Source: Candidatus Gottesmanbacteria bacterium (GTDB taxonomy: Bacteria; Patescibacteriota; Microgenomatia; 2-02-FULL-39-11). Taken from it: a DNA stretch of 64,000 nt. The translations under genes were made by a program, and so were the position numbers. Shown piece after piece: positions 51,204 to 64,000 of the stretch (within the stretch, counting starts at the first letter, position 1; each line of letters begins with the position of its first letter). The DNA lies in contig JACPKY010000001.1 in the NCBI GenBank assembly GCA_016186795.1, positions 129,357 through 193,356 of the forward strand, read 5' to 3'. The notes under the pieces were generated by a model, which worked only from the letters and a program-made list of their open reading frames with translations, ran no database searches and was not told the origin of the DNA.

Positions 51204-51467
51204 TTATTAAGGGGTCCTTAGAGATAAGACTTCTATCTCAACAAAGGGGAAATCTTTTTTGTTTTCAGTAAGGATGCTTTTTACCTATAAATATCTACTC
51301 TTCTTAAACTTCCCCTTATTCCTCCCAATTTATAACCACCAATTTTGAGTATTTTATAAGGCTTCTTTACTATTTTCCTTATTATTTTAACAGTATTAGT
51401 CATTCTTTATTTCCTTCTTAATATATAGAGAGATTGCAATAAATACAGGAATATTGTCAATACGCTG

Positions 51468-53990
51468 TTAAACTACAAAATTAATGAGTTTCCCGGGGAC
51501 AAAAACGGTTTTGCGGATGGTTTTTCCTTCCAAATGCTTTTGCACTTTGGCTGACGATTTAGCTTTCTTCTCTACTTCCTCCTGAAGGGCTGCTTTTGGA
51601 GACTGGATACTAAATGAATCTCTTAATCTTCCATTAATCTGAACGACTATAATTGTTTGATCCTCGACAAGGAATTTCTCATCATATGATGGCCAAGGAT
51701 ATTTGTGAATCGAGTTAAATACTTCCTTTTCTGTTTTCTGTTTACTGTTTACTGTTAACTGAATTTCCTGCCACAGCTCTTCTGTCATATGTGGAGCAAA
51801 GGGAGCAAGAAGCAGTAACAAGCTTTTTATATGTTTTTCTGTTATCTGTCCGTCAGCTGGCGGATTGTTTTCTGTTAACTGATTTACATACTCCATGATG
51901 TGGGCAATTGCGGTATTGTAGCGAAGATTTTCTAGATCTTCGGTGACTTCTTTGATACAACGGTGCATGGCTTTTGTATTTTTGAGATTCTTCGTCCCGA
52001 TAGTATCGGGATTCAGAATGACACTATTTGCAAGGCGCCAAACACGACTCAAGAATTTGTACATCCCGGCAATTCCTGTGTCTCTGAAATCCCCACCATG
52101 ATCAAACGGGCCCAAAAACATAAGGTACGTCCGAAGTGTATCTGCTCCGTATTTTTTGATGTAGCTATCAGGAATGATGACATTTCCTCGAGACTTACTC
52201 ATCTTGGCTCCTTCTGCAATAATAAGACCATGGGCATAAAATCTCGTAAACGGTTCATCGAAATCCAAAAGCCCCATATCGTGAAATACCATCGTAATGA
52301 ACCGGGAATACAGAAGATGGAGGACTGAATGCTCTGCACCCCCAATATATATATTTACAGGAAGCCATTTTTTGGTAATTTCCGGATCCCAAGGGACTTG
52401 TCCTGAGGCAGCGCAGCGAGTCGAAGGATATCGAAACTGATACCACGCGCTATCAAGAAATGTATCCGACACATCAGTCTCCCGACGTGCTTGACCTCCG
52501 CAGTGAGGACATTTCACGTGATAAAAATCTGGATCCTGAGCAAGAGGCGCTTTCCCTGTTCCGGTGGGTTGGTAATTTTTTATAAAAGGAAGTTTCACTG
52601 GAAGATCTTCTTCGGCAACTGGATACCACTTTTTGCATGCATCGCAATAAATCATGGGAATCGGCGGACCCCAGTAGCGCTGTCGTGAGATGCACCAATC
52701 GCGAAGATGCATGGTCACTGTTTTTTTACCATTTCCCTTATTTATAATGTAATCGGCAATTAAACCCTTGGCTTTCTCTGTCGGCATGCCCGTAAACTCC
52801 CCTGCTTTTTCCATGACTCCTTCCCCAATGTAGGCATGATCCAATTTTTTGGGATCAAGGGGTTTCCCGTCTTTTGGGACGATAACTGGGACAATGGGAA
52901 GGTCATATTTTTTGGCAAACTCAAAATCTTTCTGGTCGTGAGCAGGGTTGCATTTAACAATTCCTGTACCAAACTCCATCACTGCGAAGTTAGCGATAAA
53001 TATTTTCATCTTCCATCCTGTCAAATGGTTAATCGCAAATCTTCCAATGAAATAACCCTTTTTATCTTTTATGGCGGCTTGTGGATCTTTCTTATTTTCG
53101 GAAATTACAATCTTACAAAATTCTTTAGCACCCTTTTCATAGGATGTTCCTTTGACAAGAGTGGAAATGATTGGGTGCTCGGGTGAAATAACAATAAATG
53201 TTGACCCCCAGGACGTATGCGGCCACGTAGTAAATGTAGTAAGCTTGACATCCATTCCGTCTATTTGCCAATCTTCCAATAGCCCTTCGGTTTTCCCAAT
53301 CCAATTTCTTTGGGCAACCTTCACTTTGTTGGTCCAGTTTAACGTCTCCAGATCTTTCAGGAGTCTATCCGCGTATGCGGTAATGCGAAAATACCACTGT
53401 TCCATCTCGCGCTTTTCTACAACAGATTTGCACCGTTCACACCGTCCTTCAATCACCTGTTCATCGGAAAGAACTGTTTTGCATGAGGGACAGAAATTGA
53501 CAGGAGACTTTTTGCGGTATGCAAGACCGCGTTTAAATAGTTGAATGAAAATCCACTGCGTCCATTTATAATAGGCTGGATCATAGGTTTCCAGTTTACT
53601 TTCCCAAGCAAAACCGTTTCCTATGCTAGTTAGTTGCCGATAGAAATTTTGCTGACTGACCTTTGCCTGTTGGGCAGGGTGTTTGCCGATTTTGATGGCG
53701 TAGTTTTCACTATGAATGCCAAATCCGTCAAGACCGATTGGTTCAAAGACGCCTAGACCTTTCATCCGCATAAACCTCCCATAAATATCTGCTCCGGTAA
53801 AAGCATACATGTTCCCAACATGAAGACCCTCGGCTGACGGGTATGGAAACATCATGAGGTTATAGAACGGCTTTGGAGCCTTTTTGATGTCCGGCTGGTA
53901 GACTTTTTCCTTTTGCCATTTCTCCTGCCACTTGGACTCATAAGATTCTGGGTGGAGTTTGTCGACTTTTTTGGGCTGTTTGAATGGCAT
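51468..53990 (-). CDS. leuS: Leucine--tRNA ligase
   Basis: HVGNMYAF (HIGH) and KMSKSRGN (KMSKS). CxxC zinc knuckles. 840 aa. Confidence 0.9.
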   Translation of the reverse strand: MPFKQPKKVDKLHPESYESKWQEKWQKEKVYQPDIKKAPKPFYNLMMFPYPSAEGLHVGNMYAFTGADIYGRFMRMKGLGVFEPIGLDGFGIHSENYAIKIGKHPAQQAKVSQQNFYRQLTSIGNGFAWESKLETYDPAYYKWTQWIFIQLFKRGLAYRKKSPVNFCPSCKTVLSDEQVIEGRCERCKSVVEKREMEQWYFRITAYADRLLKDLETLNWTNKVKVAQRNWIGKTEGLLEDWQIDGMDVKLTTFTTWPHTSWGSTFIVISPEHPIISTLVKGTSYEKGAKEFCKIVISENKKDPQAAIKDKKGYFIGRFAINHLTGWKMKIFIANFAVMEFGTGIVKCNPAHDQKDFEFAKKYDLPIVPVIVPKDGKPLDPKKLDHAYIGEGVMEKAGEFTGMPTEKAKGLIADYIINKGNGKKTVTMHLRDWCISRQRYWGPPIPMIYCDACKKWYPVAEEDLPVKLPFIKNYQPTGTGKAPLAQDPDFYHVKCPHCGGQARRETDVSDTFLDSAWYQFRYPSTRCAASGQVPWDPEITKKWLPVNIYIGGAEHSVLHLLYSRFITMVFHDMGLLDFDEPFTRFYAHGLIIAEGAKMSKSRGNVIIPDSYIKKYGADTLRTYLMFLGPFDHGGDFRDTGIAGMYKFLSRVWRLANSVILNPDTIGTKNLKNTKAMHRCIKEVTEDLENLRYNTAIAHIMEYVNQLTENNPPADGQITEKHIKSLLLLLAPFAPHMTEELWQEIQLTVNSKQKTEKEVFNSIHKYPWPSYDEKFLVEDQTIIVVQINGRLRDSFSIQSPKAALQEEVEKKAKSSAKVQKHLEGKTIRKTVFVPGKLINFVV

Positions 53991-54041
53991 ACGATGAGGA
54001 GATTATAAAGAGATTGAGGGTGTTTGTAAATGTGAGAGTCT

Positions 54042-55082
54042 CTAAATCCAACCGCGCCAACGAAATACCGCAAGCATACTTGCTGCAATGGCAAACATAA
54101 TACTTCCAATAAGAAAAAGGGCATCGGGATGCTGGGCAAAAGGGAGGAAGTACAAATTCATTCCATAGATATTGGTGATAAAGGTTAACGGCAGAAGCGT
54201 TGCGGAGAAGATGGTAAGGACTTTGATTGTTTCGTTTGTTTTAAATGAAAGATAGCTTTCAAATGTACGGGATAAATTGTCGGAGAGTTCATTGACGTCT
54301 TCAATTCTATCCCAGATTTTCCTCATGTGATCAGAAATATTAGTAAAGTAGGTACGCAGTTCCTTATCGACCAAAGTATGCCGAGTTTCCAAAAGATACA
54401 TAAATGAATTGACTTGTGGCTTCATAATTGTCTGAAAATAGGTAACATTCCTTCGCAGAAACGAAATTTGTTTGGCAACAATGCGCGGCTTTTTGGTAAA
54501 CACATCGGTATCGATAACTTCAAGAGCCTTTTCCACTTGTTCAACAAGTGGAAATATCGTATCAACAAGTTTATCGATACTCCGGTAGAGAAGAAATCCA
54601 GGTCCTTGGGAAAAGTAGGTTTGTTTATTTTTTCTTTTTTTGGTTATTGTGTCAATTAGATTGTCAAATGAGGGAAAGTCGTGATTGGAAATCATGATAA
54701 CGTCGTTTTTGGTGAGAAAAAAATCTACTTCCTTCGATTCAATTTTTTTACTTTCCTCATTATATTCCGGGAAATGTAAAACGAAAAAAATATAATCCGG
54801 ATCAAAGTCTATTTTTGGCCTTTGGATAAGGGAAATAACATCATCAAGATGGGTCGGATGGAAGGAGTAATGTCTCTTGAGGTAGGAAACATTTTTGGGT
54901 GTGGGAAACCAGATGACGATGAGTTTCCCCTGATCGTACGGAATGATTTTCATGCGGTTTTTATCGACTTTCGGTTTCTCGGGAGTACCCGGCAGGTGGA
55001 GAAAATCCCGAGCGCGACTAAAGGGATTGGTCACTGCGGTAAGGAAAGGATGAAGAGAGACCTGAGGAAGAGGTAAATTCAT
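54042..55082 (-). CDS. corA: CorA-family magnesium/cobalt transporter
   Basis: YGMN motif at the start of the penultimate TM. Two C-terminal TM helices. Confidence 0.85.
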   Translation of the reverse strand: MNLPLPQVSLHPFLTAVTNPFSRARDFLHLPGTPEKPKVDKNRMKIIPYDQGKLIVIWFPTPKNVSYLKRHYSFHPTHLDDVISLIQRPKIDFDPDYIFFVLHFPEYNEESKKIESKEVDFFLTKNDVIMISNHDFPSFDNLIDTITKKRKNKQTYFSQGPGFLLYRSIDKLVDTIFPLVEQVEKALEVIDTDVFTKKPRIVAKQISFLRRNVTYFQTIMKPQVNSFMYLLETRHTLVDKELRTYFTNISDHMRKIWDRIEDVNELSDNLSRTFESYLSFKTNETIKVLTIFSATLLPLTFITNIYGMNLYFLPFAQHPDALFLIGSIMFAIAASMLAVFRWRGWI

Positions 55083-55211
55083 ATATTGAGCGTAACGCAG
55101 ATTGAAAAGAAAAGCAATGAAGTTATGAAATTTTTGGGCAAAAAATACGCCGAGGGGCTAAACAGTTACTTCTTTGCTCTTGACAAAATGTATATTTTTA
55201 TGTATATTTAA

Positions 55212-55496
55212 ATGTATATGAATCTGACAAATTATATTACGACTACAGAATTAAGAACAAAATCAGCCGAGCTGGTAAAAATGCTAAAACAAGGAGTCGG
55301 TCTCTCCCTTATTCATCGATCAAAGATTATCGGCAAGATATCTCCTCAACTCCCGGAAGCACCACCTATTAAAGATATAAGAGTCTTGGAAAAATTACTA
55401 AAAGACATTCTTCCGGGAAAAATTATAAACAGAGGGGAAAGAAAGAAAAGATACCGACAATACCTGAAAGAAAGATATGGCAAGAGTATTTCTTGA
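55212..55496 (+). CDS. Phd/YefM-like antitoxin
   Basis: ITTTELRTKSAELVKMLKQG...IIGKISP pattern. Overlaps the downstream PIN gene. Confidence 0.5.
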   Translation: MYMNLTNYITTTELRTKSAELVKMLKQGVGLSLIHRSKIIGKISPQLPEAPPIKDIRVLEKLLKDILPGKIINRGERKKRYRQYLKERYGKSIS

Positions 55497-55851
55497 TACC
55501 AACTTTTTCATTGATTTGGTAGAGAGAAGAAAAGAGACTAATTTACCGCAATTTAAAAATTATCAACTTTTTGTTTCTCCTCTTTCTTTTCATATCCTGG
55601 CTTATATCTACCGCTACAAATTTCCCAATACTAAATTTACTGATCTTATGGGGTTATTTACAATTATTCCTCTTACACAAACCGTCTTGGAAAAAGGCAG
55701 TCTGGGACCAACCGGCGATTTTGAAGACAATCTTCAGCTGCATTCGGCGGTTGAAGGAGACTGTGAATTATTTTTGACCAGTGATAAAAAACTTCTAACG
55801 ATGAATTATTTTGGGACAACAAAAATTACAAATTCTCTCTTGATAAGGTAG
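55477..55851 (+). CDS. PIN-domain toxin (VapC-like)
   Basis: VFLDTNFFI, DFEDNL, TSDKKL acidic quartet. Confidence 0.75.
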   Translation: MARVFLDTNFFIDLVERRKETNLPQFKNYQLFVSPLSFHILAYIYRYKFPNTKFTDLMGLFTIIPLTQTVLEKGSLGPTGDFEDNLQLHSAVEGDCELFLTSDKKLLTMNYFGTTKITNSLLIR

Positions 55852-55884
55852 AGTTCTTCTGGAAAAATTGTACTTCTTGCTGCT

Positions 55885-56505
55885 TTGGCAAATTCACTAT
55901 CTCCAGTCACGATGACATCCACTCCATCGATGACGATAGGTAAACTTTGGTGCTATACTGAACGTATGAAAAAAACTGCCCTCCATATTCTCATCATGGG
56001 GATATCAGTTGCCCTTATCTTTCTCTGGGTTGCCAGTGCCGAACTCTCCTACTACTCTTTGCAACTGACCGCCATACTTCTCCTGACACTTATTATTACT
56101 CACAGAATCCTCAAACCATCATCGTTCAAACTAGCAGAAAGCACGATATCGACAATGGCAGTTCTTCTTATTACGAACGCTACAGGAGGACTGACATCTC
56201 CCCTATTTTTCCTCAACTACTTTATCCTGTTTGAGTTGTCCCTCCTTCTTGAACCGTTGATTGCCATTGCGGTGTCTGTCCTTTTTCTCCTTTTTTATTT
56301 TTTGACTGCTGAGGTTGGCTATGGCACACTCACCTACTTGGAACTTCTTGCCTTCCCCCTCATTACCCCGTTTGCCTACTTTTTTGGCTCATTCTACTTT
56401 AAATCGACAAATCAGAAAAGGGAGATCCGCACACTTTCCAAAAAGGTTGAGGTACTTGAGGAAAAACTCGTGTCTGAAGAAATGAGTCATTTGAAACGAT
56501 CATGA
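55885..56505 (+). CDS. Polytopic membrane protein with C-terminal coiled coil (first gene of 4-gene operon)
   Basis: Start possibly 55966 (MKKTALHIL). 5-6 TM. Stop overlaps the next ATG. Confidence 0.5.
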   Translation: MANSLSPVTMTSTPSMTIGKLWCYTERMKKTALHILIMGISVALIFLWVASAELSYYSLQLTAILLLTLIITHRILKPSSFKLAESTISTMAVLLITNATGGLTSPLFFLNYFILFELSLLLEPLIAIAVSVLFLLFYFLTAEVGYGTLTYLELLAFPLITPFAYFFGSFYFKSTNQKREIRTLSKKVEVLEEKLVSEEMSHLKRS

Positions 56506-57224
56506 AAAAAGCGTTGGTCATCGTTTTCGCAATGGTCATCATGTCTTTTTCTGTCAGTGGAAGTTTCGCCCAAGATATGTCCTCTGAATCGTTTCGAATT
56601 CAAGGCGGGAATTTCAATATGACCTCTGGAAATAAGGCATCGGAAAACTTTAACCTTGCTGATGTTGTTGGCCAAGTTGCTGCCCAAATATTTGCCTCTA
56701 AAGGATATATCATTAATGCCGGATTTTTAAATGCGGCAGGAGGAGAACTATTTGGGTTTAGCGTCGCTCCTTCGGTTTTGGATTTTGGCAGTCTTTCTCC
56801 AAATATTCCTGTTGAGGGAAAACTCACTCTCACTGTTAATATTGGCAATGTGAGTGGATACACCGTGAGTGTTATCGAAAACAACCCTCTGAAAACGCTG
56901 GTTGAAGCACAAATCCCAGATACTTCATGCAACAGCGATAGTCCGTGTTCGCCAATTCAGGCAGGAATGTGGACTGGTACAGGAAGAGCTGGCTTTGGGT
57001 ACCATATGGAAGGAAAAACCGTGACCAAAGACTTTAAAGACGAGACAGCATTTCGACCCTTTGCCGCAACAATTAGAAATGAAAGACCGGCACTTATTAT
57101 GCAGTCGAAAGCAAAGAAAGTCGCGGATGTTGCCCATATGACGGTGAAAGTCTTGATCGACCAAAATCAACCTGTCGGACAGTATAAAAATATCCTGCAT
57201 TTTACTGCCCTTCTTGGCTTATGA
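56502..57224 (+). CDS. Secreted beta-rich surface protein
   Basis: Signal peptide MKKALVIVFAMVIMSFSVSGSFA. LDFGSL...LTLTVNIGNVSGYTVSV beta-sandwich-like. Confidence 0.55.
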   Translation: MKKALVIVFAMVIMSFSVSGSFAQDMSSESFRIQGGNFNMTSGNKASENFNLADVVGQVAAQIFASKGYIINAGFLNAAGGELFGFSVAPSVLDFGSLSPNIPVEGKLTLTVNIGNVSGYTVSVIENNPLKTLVEAQIPDTSCNSDSPCSPIQAGMWTGTGRAGFGYHMEGKTVTKDFKDETAFRPFAATIRNERPALIMQSKAKKVADVAHMTVKVLIDQNQPVGQYKNILHFTALLGL

Positions 57225-58165
57225 AATATTTTGCTTTTATGAGAGTTTTCAAATGGATTCCAGTTCTTATACTGCCAGTGTGGATTTTCTTTGCAAAAAT
57301 TTCCCCTGCTTCAGCCCAGACACTTTCACTTTCTATTTCTCCGCCGCTTCTGGAAGTTATGATCAAACCAGGTAAATCTATAACACAGGTATACAAATTA
57401 ACAAATAACGGAGAGACGACTATTATAACAGCAAGAATTGCCGAGTTGGGTGTAAAAGGCATTGAAGAAGATCCAACCTTTCAACTGGAAAACTGGATCG
57501 GACTGGTAAGTAGTGATACAACATTTGGAAAACCATTTCTCCTTGAACGTGGGAAGACGAAAGAGTTTATTTTAAAAATTAATCCGCCGGAGAGTGTTGA
57601 GGAGAAAGATTACTACCGAGTCCTTCTTTTTACCACGAAACCAAACCCACCAAGCGATAATTCCCAGTCTCAAATTGCGCAAACGCTTGGCAGTCCCCTC
57701 CTTATCACTACGACAAAAACTGGACTTCTGAATAAAAATGTGGAAATTGTTACCTTTGATGTACCTAAGATTATTGACTCGTTTGGACCCCTCCAAGCAA
57801 CAATCGCGGTTTCCAATACCGGAAGCACATACACGAGACCAGTTGGGACCATTACCCTGAAGGGGCTTATCGGCAGAGGGACGTTTGAAATTTCACCCCG
57901 CATTATTATGGCGGGCCAAAAGAGAAATCTGACAACAGAGATAAGTTCTAGTAACGATCCAAATAGTCCAACTATCGATATTTCCGGAATTTATTTTGGT
58001 CCGTACACGCTCACAGTTGACTTTACGCTTGATCAAGGAACAATAACACTTAGCCAAACAAAGAAATTTTATGCGCTCCCCTGGAAACTACTTCTTGTCC
58101 TTTTCGTTATCATTCTTTTTGTGGTCGTTGTTCGTACTCGAAGAAGGAAAGTTTCAAAAAAATGA
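57221..58165 (+). CDS. Secreted surface protein with C-terminal TM anchor and basic tail (DUF916/DUF3324-like architecture)
   Basis: Signal peptide. Two beta-rich modules. ...LLLVLFVIILFVVVVRTRRRKVSKK. Confidence 0.55.
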   Translation: MKYFAFMRVFKWIPVLILPVWIFFAKISPASAQTLSLSISPPLLEVMIKPGKSITQVYKLTNNGETTIITARIAELGVKGIEEDPTFQLENWIGLVSSDTTFGKPFLLERGKTKEFILKINPPESVEEKDYYRVLLFTTKPNPPSDNSQSQIAQTLGSPLLITTTKTGLLNKNVEIVTFDVPKIIDSFGPLQATIAVSNTGSTYTRPVGTITLKGLIGRGTFEISPRIIMAGQKRNLTTEISSSNDPNSPTIDISGIYFGPYTLTVDFTLDQGTITLSQTKKFYALPWKLLLVLFVIILFVVVVRTRRRKVSKK

Positions 58166-59046
58166 TACTATTATTTTTACTGACGTTACTATTTATTAAT
58201 ATATCAAACACTCCTCAGGTTTGGGCGGTGGAACTGAAGGATTCATCAACTACACAGGCGTTGATTCCTATCAAAACAACACTCCATGTGTTTGGCTATA
58301 CCGCACCGTACAGCATTGTCCAGGCAACTGGAATCCGGGTTTTTGCCCAAACATCATCAGATCGAATTGGCTACTTTGAGATTGCCCAATTACCTCTTTC
58401 GTATGAGACTGTCGATATCTGCTTATCAACAATTGACGGGCTTGGAAGAGTCGGCTTTCCCCTCTGTATCAAAGCACCCGATGAGAATGAACCAACCGAT
58501 ATCGGGCCGCTTCTTCTATCGCCCACGATTTCACTCTCCGCAGGAATTATTTGGGAGAGACAACAGGTTAGTGCAACTGGACAAACTATCCCAAATTCGC
58601 AAGTAGAAATTTCATTTTTTGAAGCCACGCCTGATGAACTGGTGGGAAAATTCGTGAAAGAAGCATACGCTTTTGGATTACCACTTCTTACCGGAAAATC
58701 CGACAGCCGCGGCTACTATAGCGTGAACCTTCCGACAGTGAAATCTTCACAGTTTCGAGTCTTTACGAAATCTTTCTACTATGGACTGCCGAGTCCCAAA
58801 AGTCATACGCTTTCTTTTTCTGTCGGATGGATCATCTACTATTGGCTATTGTATATTTTTCCAAAGCTGATGCTCATTCTTCTTGTGACTGTTGGAATGG
58901 CCTATCTTGTCTATCGTGAAAAGAAAACGAGGAGCATTAGAATTTGGGCTGTCTATTTCAACGAAACACGACTGATACCGTTTGAGATAAGAACACGTCT
59001 TCAACTGAAGCGGATATGGTATAATCTCCGGGGTTTGTGGAAGTAA
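58162..59046 (+). CDS. Secreted surface protein with C-terminal TM anchor
   Basis: Signal peptide. C-terminal TM plus basic tail. Confidence 0.55.
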   Translation: MILLFLLTLLFINISNTPQVWAVELKDSSTTQALIPIKTTLHVFGYTAPYSIVQATGIRVFAQTSSDRIGYFEIAQLPLSYETVDICLSTIDGLGRVGFPLCIKAPDENEPTDIGPLLLSPTISLSAGIIWERQQVSATGQTIPNSQVEISFFEATPDELVGKFVKEAYAFGLPLLTGKSDSRGYYSVNLPTVKSSQFRVFTKSFYYGLPSPKSHTLSFSVGWIIYYWLLYIFPKLMLILLVTVGMAYLVYREKKTRSIRIWAVYFNETRLIPFEIRTRLQLKRIWYNLRGLWK

Positions 59047-59389
59047 GATCAAAGAATGCCCTCCCAAACGTATCGGTGACTGGTTGTACTTGGCTCACGG
59101 TTAAGGGCCCTGAAATTCGAAGCTTTACCGTCTTTGTGGACATACCTAGACCTTGAGTATTGAGTAAAAATACCGTCACGCGGACTATTGAGGTGCCATT
59201 TGCCTGTGAAATGAGCGGTGAAGCAAAAAGGTAGGAATTCTCAAGAGACATTGAGCTTAATCCAGGGGCGCTCGCCTGACCAAAAAGAGAGGTTCTCGTC
59301 CGTGAAATGGTTATAGCCACAAGAACGAATAAGAGAGAAGATGCCAAGATACTAAGAAGGTAATAGCGGTGATAATCGAGCCGACCCAT
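58958..59389 (-). CDS. Membrane-anchored Ig-like (Big-type) domain protein
   Basis: N-terminal TM. 89-bp 3' overlap with the convergent gene lowers confidence. Confidence 0.35.
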   Translation of the reverse strand: MGRLDYHRYYLLSILASSLLFVLVAITISRTRTSLFGQASAPGLSSMSLENSYLFASPLISQANGTSIVRVTVFLLNTQGLGMSTKTVKLRISGPLTVSQVQPVTDTFGRAFFDLTSTNPGDYTISASVEDVFLSQTVSVVFR

Positions 59390-60205
59390 ATCTTTATTGT
59401 GATCGACTTCTCATCACTCGTCAAGTGAGGGCAATAAGGGGCAAATCGAGCCTATCCGAAGAAAAATCGAATGAAAAAGGGGATCTTTTTTATAACCCTA
59501 TAGTTCAAAGTGAATTTGAACAGTTTGAAAGACGAATGCGAGAGAATAGGAAGAAAAAATGGGTCCAGAAAACAATCGATTCTGCCGAGAAAAAAAGTAA
59601 AACAGTCAATATTGAGCAAGAATTAAAGTTGATTAAATATTATCATAATAGGCTAAACTAATAATGTCACCTATTTAGCAGTCAACAATGTTGAGTGATA
59701 ATCATTGACTGACATTGAATTTTTAATAAATTGAATCGATTCTCCGTTCAAGACAAAATTACTCCTTTCGTATATATTTTTTTAGACTTATAGTACAGGT
59801 CTCTCCATAAAATTCACTCCACCACCTCTTATTACCGGGAATTATCTTTGCTCTCACCCACTTGTTTCTTGGAAACAAATTTTCGTTCTCTTCTTCGCCC
59901 CAAACCAACACTTTTCCTAACATGTGAAAAGTGAGGAAAGCACTCTTTTATTTTCACTTTTGAACTATATCAAAACGGACAGTCGAACGAAAAATAGAGG
60001 TTTTTGGCCGATGATCACTTTGATATATTAACGCATTTAAATTAATTATGCGGGAAATCGTGAAAATATCGTGAAATGTGTGTTAAGAGTCGAACACAAG
60101 TGAAAACTTCACTCTCTGATTTCCTATCTAAATATTACCTAACTAGATCATTTTCCTCTTGACAAGCTTATTAATATAGTTCTTAATAATTACAGGGAGT
60201 AGTAA

Positions 60206-64000
<3,795 letters not shown>

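Overview
The window reads as ~40% GC, gene-dense bacterial chromosome. Assigning it to a small-celled, monoderm, uncultivated lineage (CPR/Patescibacteria-like) is inference only. The backbone is housekeeping genes: mreB, maf, ndk, an M16 peptidase, a malic-enzyme homologue, argS, leuS, corA, class-A PBP, comEA/comEC, sortase, and tRNA-Arg(CCU)/tRNA-Pro(CGG). Interspersed with these are many secreted or membrane-anchored proteins with Thr/Pro-rich linkers, two RHH/Phd-PIN toxin-antitoxin pairs, and an orphan BrnA-like antitoxin. No rRNA or CRISPR array was seen. The candidates for something undescribed are listed below.
- A 1.48-kb segment next to tRNA-Pro is bounded by perfect 35-bp inverted repeats and carries one unknown 394-aa ORF. 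It has IS-like architecture but no recognisable transposase.
- A GTG-initiated gene (60206 to beyond 64000) is missed by the ATG-only ORF track. It fuses two tyrosine-recombinase-like SAM/core-binding N-terminal modules to a TM helix and >2 kb of collagen-like GPTGxTG repeats.
- A translationally coupled 4-gene membrane/surface operon (55885-59046) has products with C-terminal TM anchors.
- A 1721-aa secreted subtilase with a C-terminal type-I dockerin is encoded immediately beside a membrane-anchored cohesin-like protein.
- A 1260-aa protein carries Gly/Ala-zipper segments and four FNKETGM repeats.
- comEC is fragmented into three frames.
- A recurring TATACTATAGGA intergenic motif occurs at least five times.
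- Several GC-rich islands (about 50-58% GC) sit among the ~40% GC genes.
- Several hairpin-rich non-coding regions are candidate structured leaders or ncRNAs.
All functional calls come from motif recognition by eye. None has been checked against databases.
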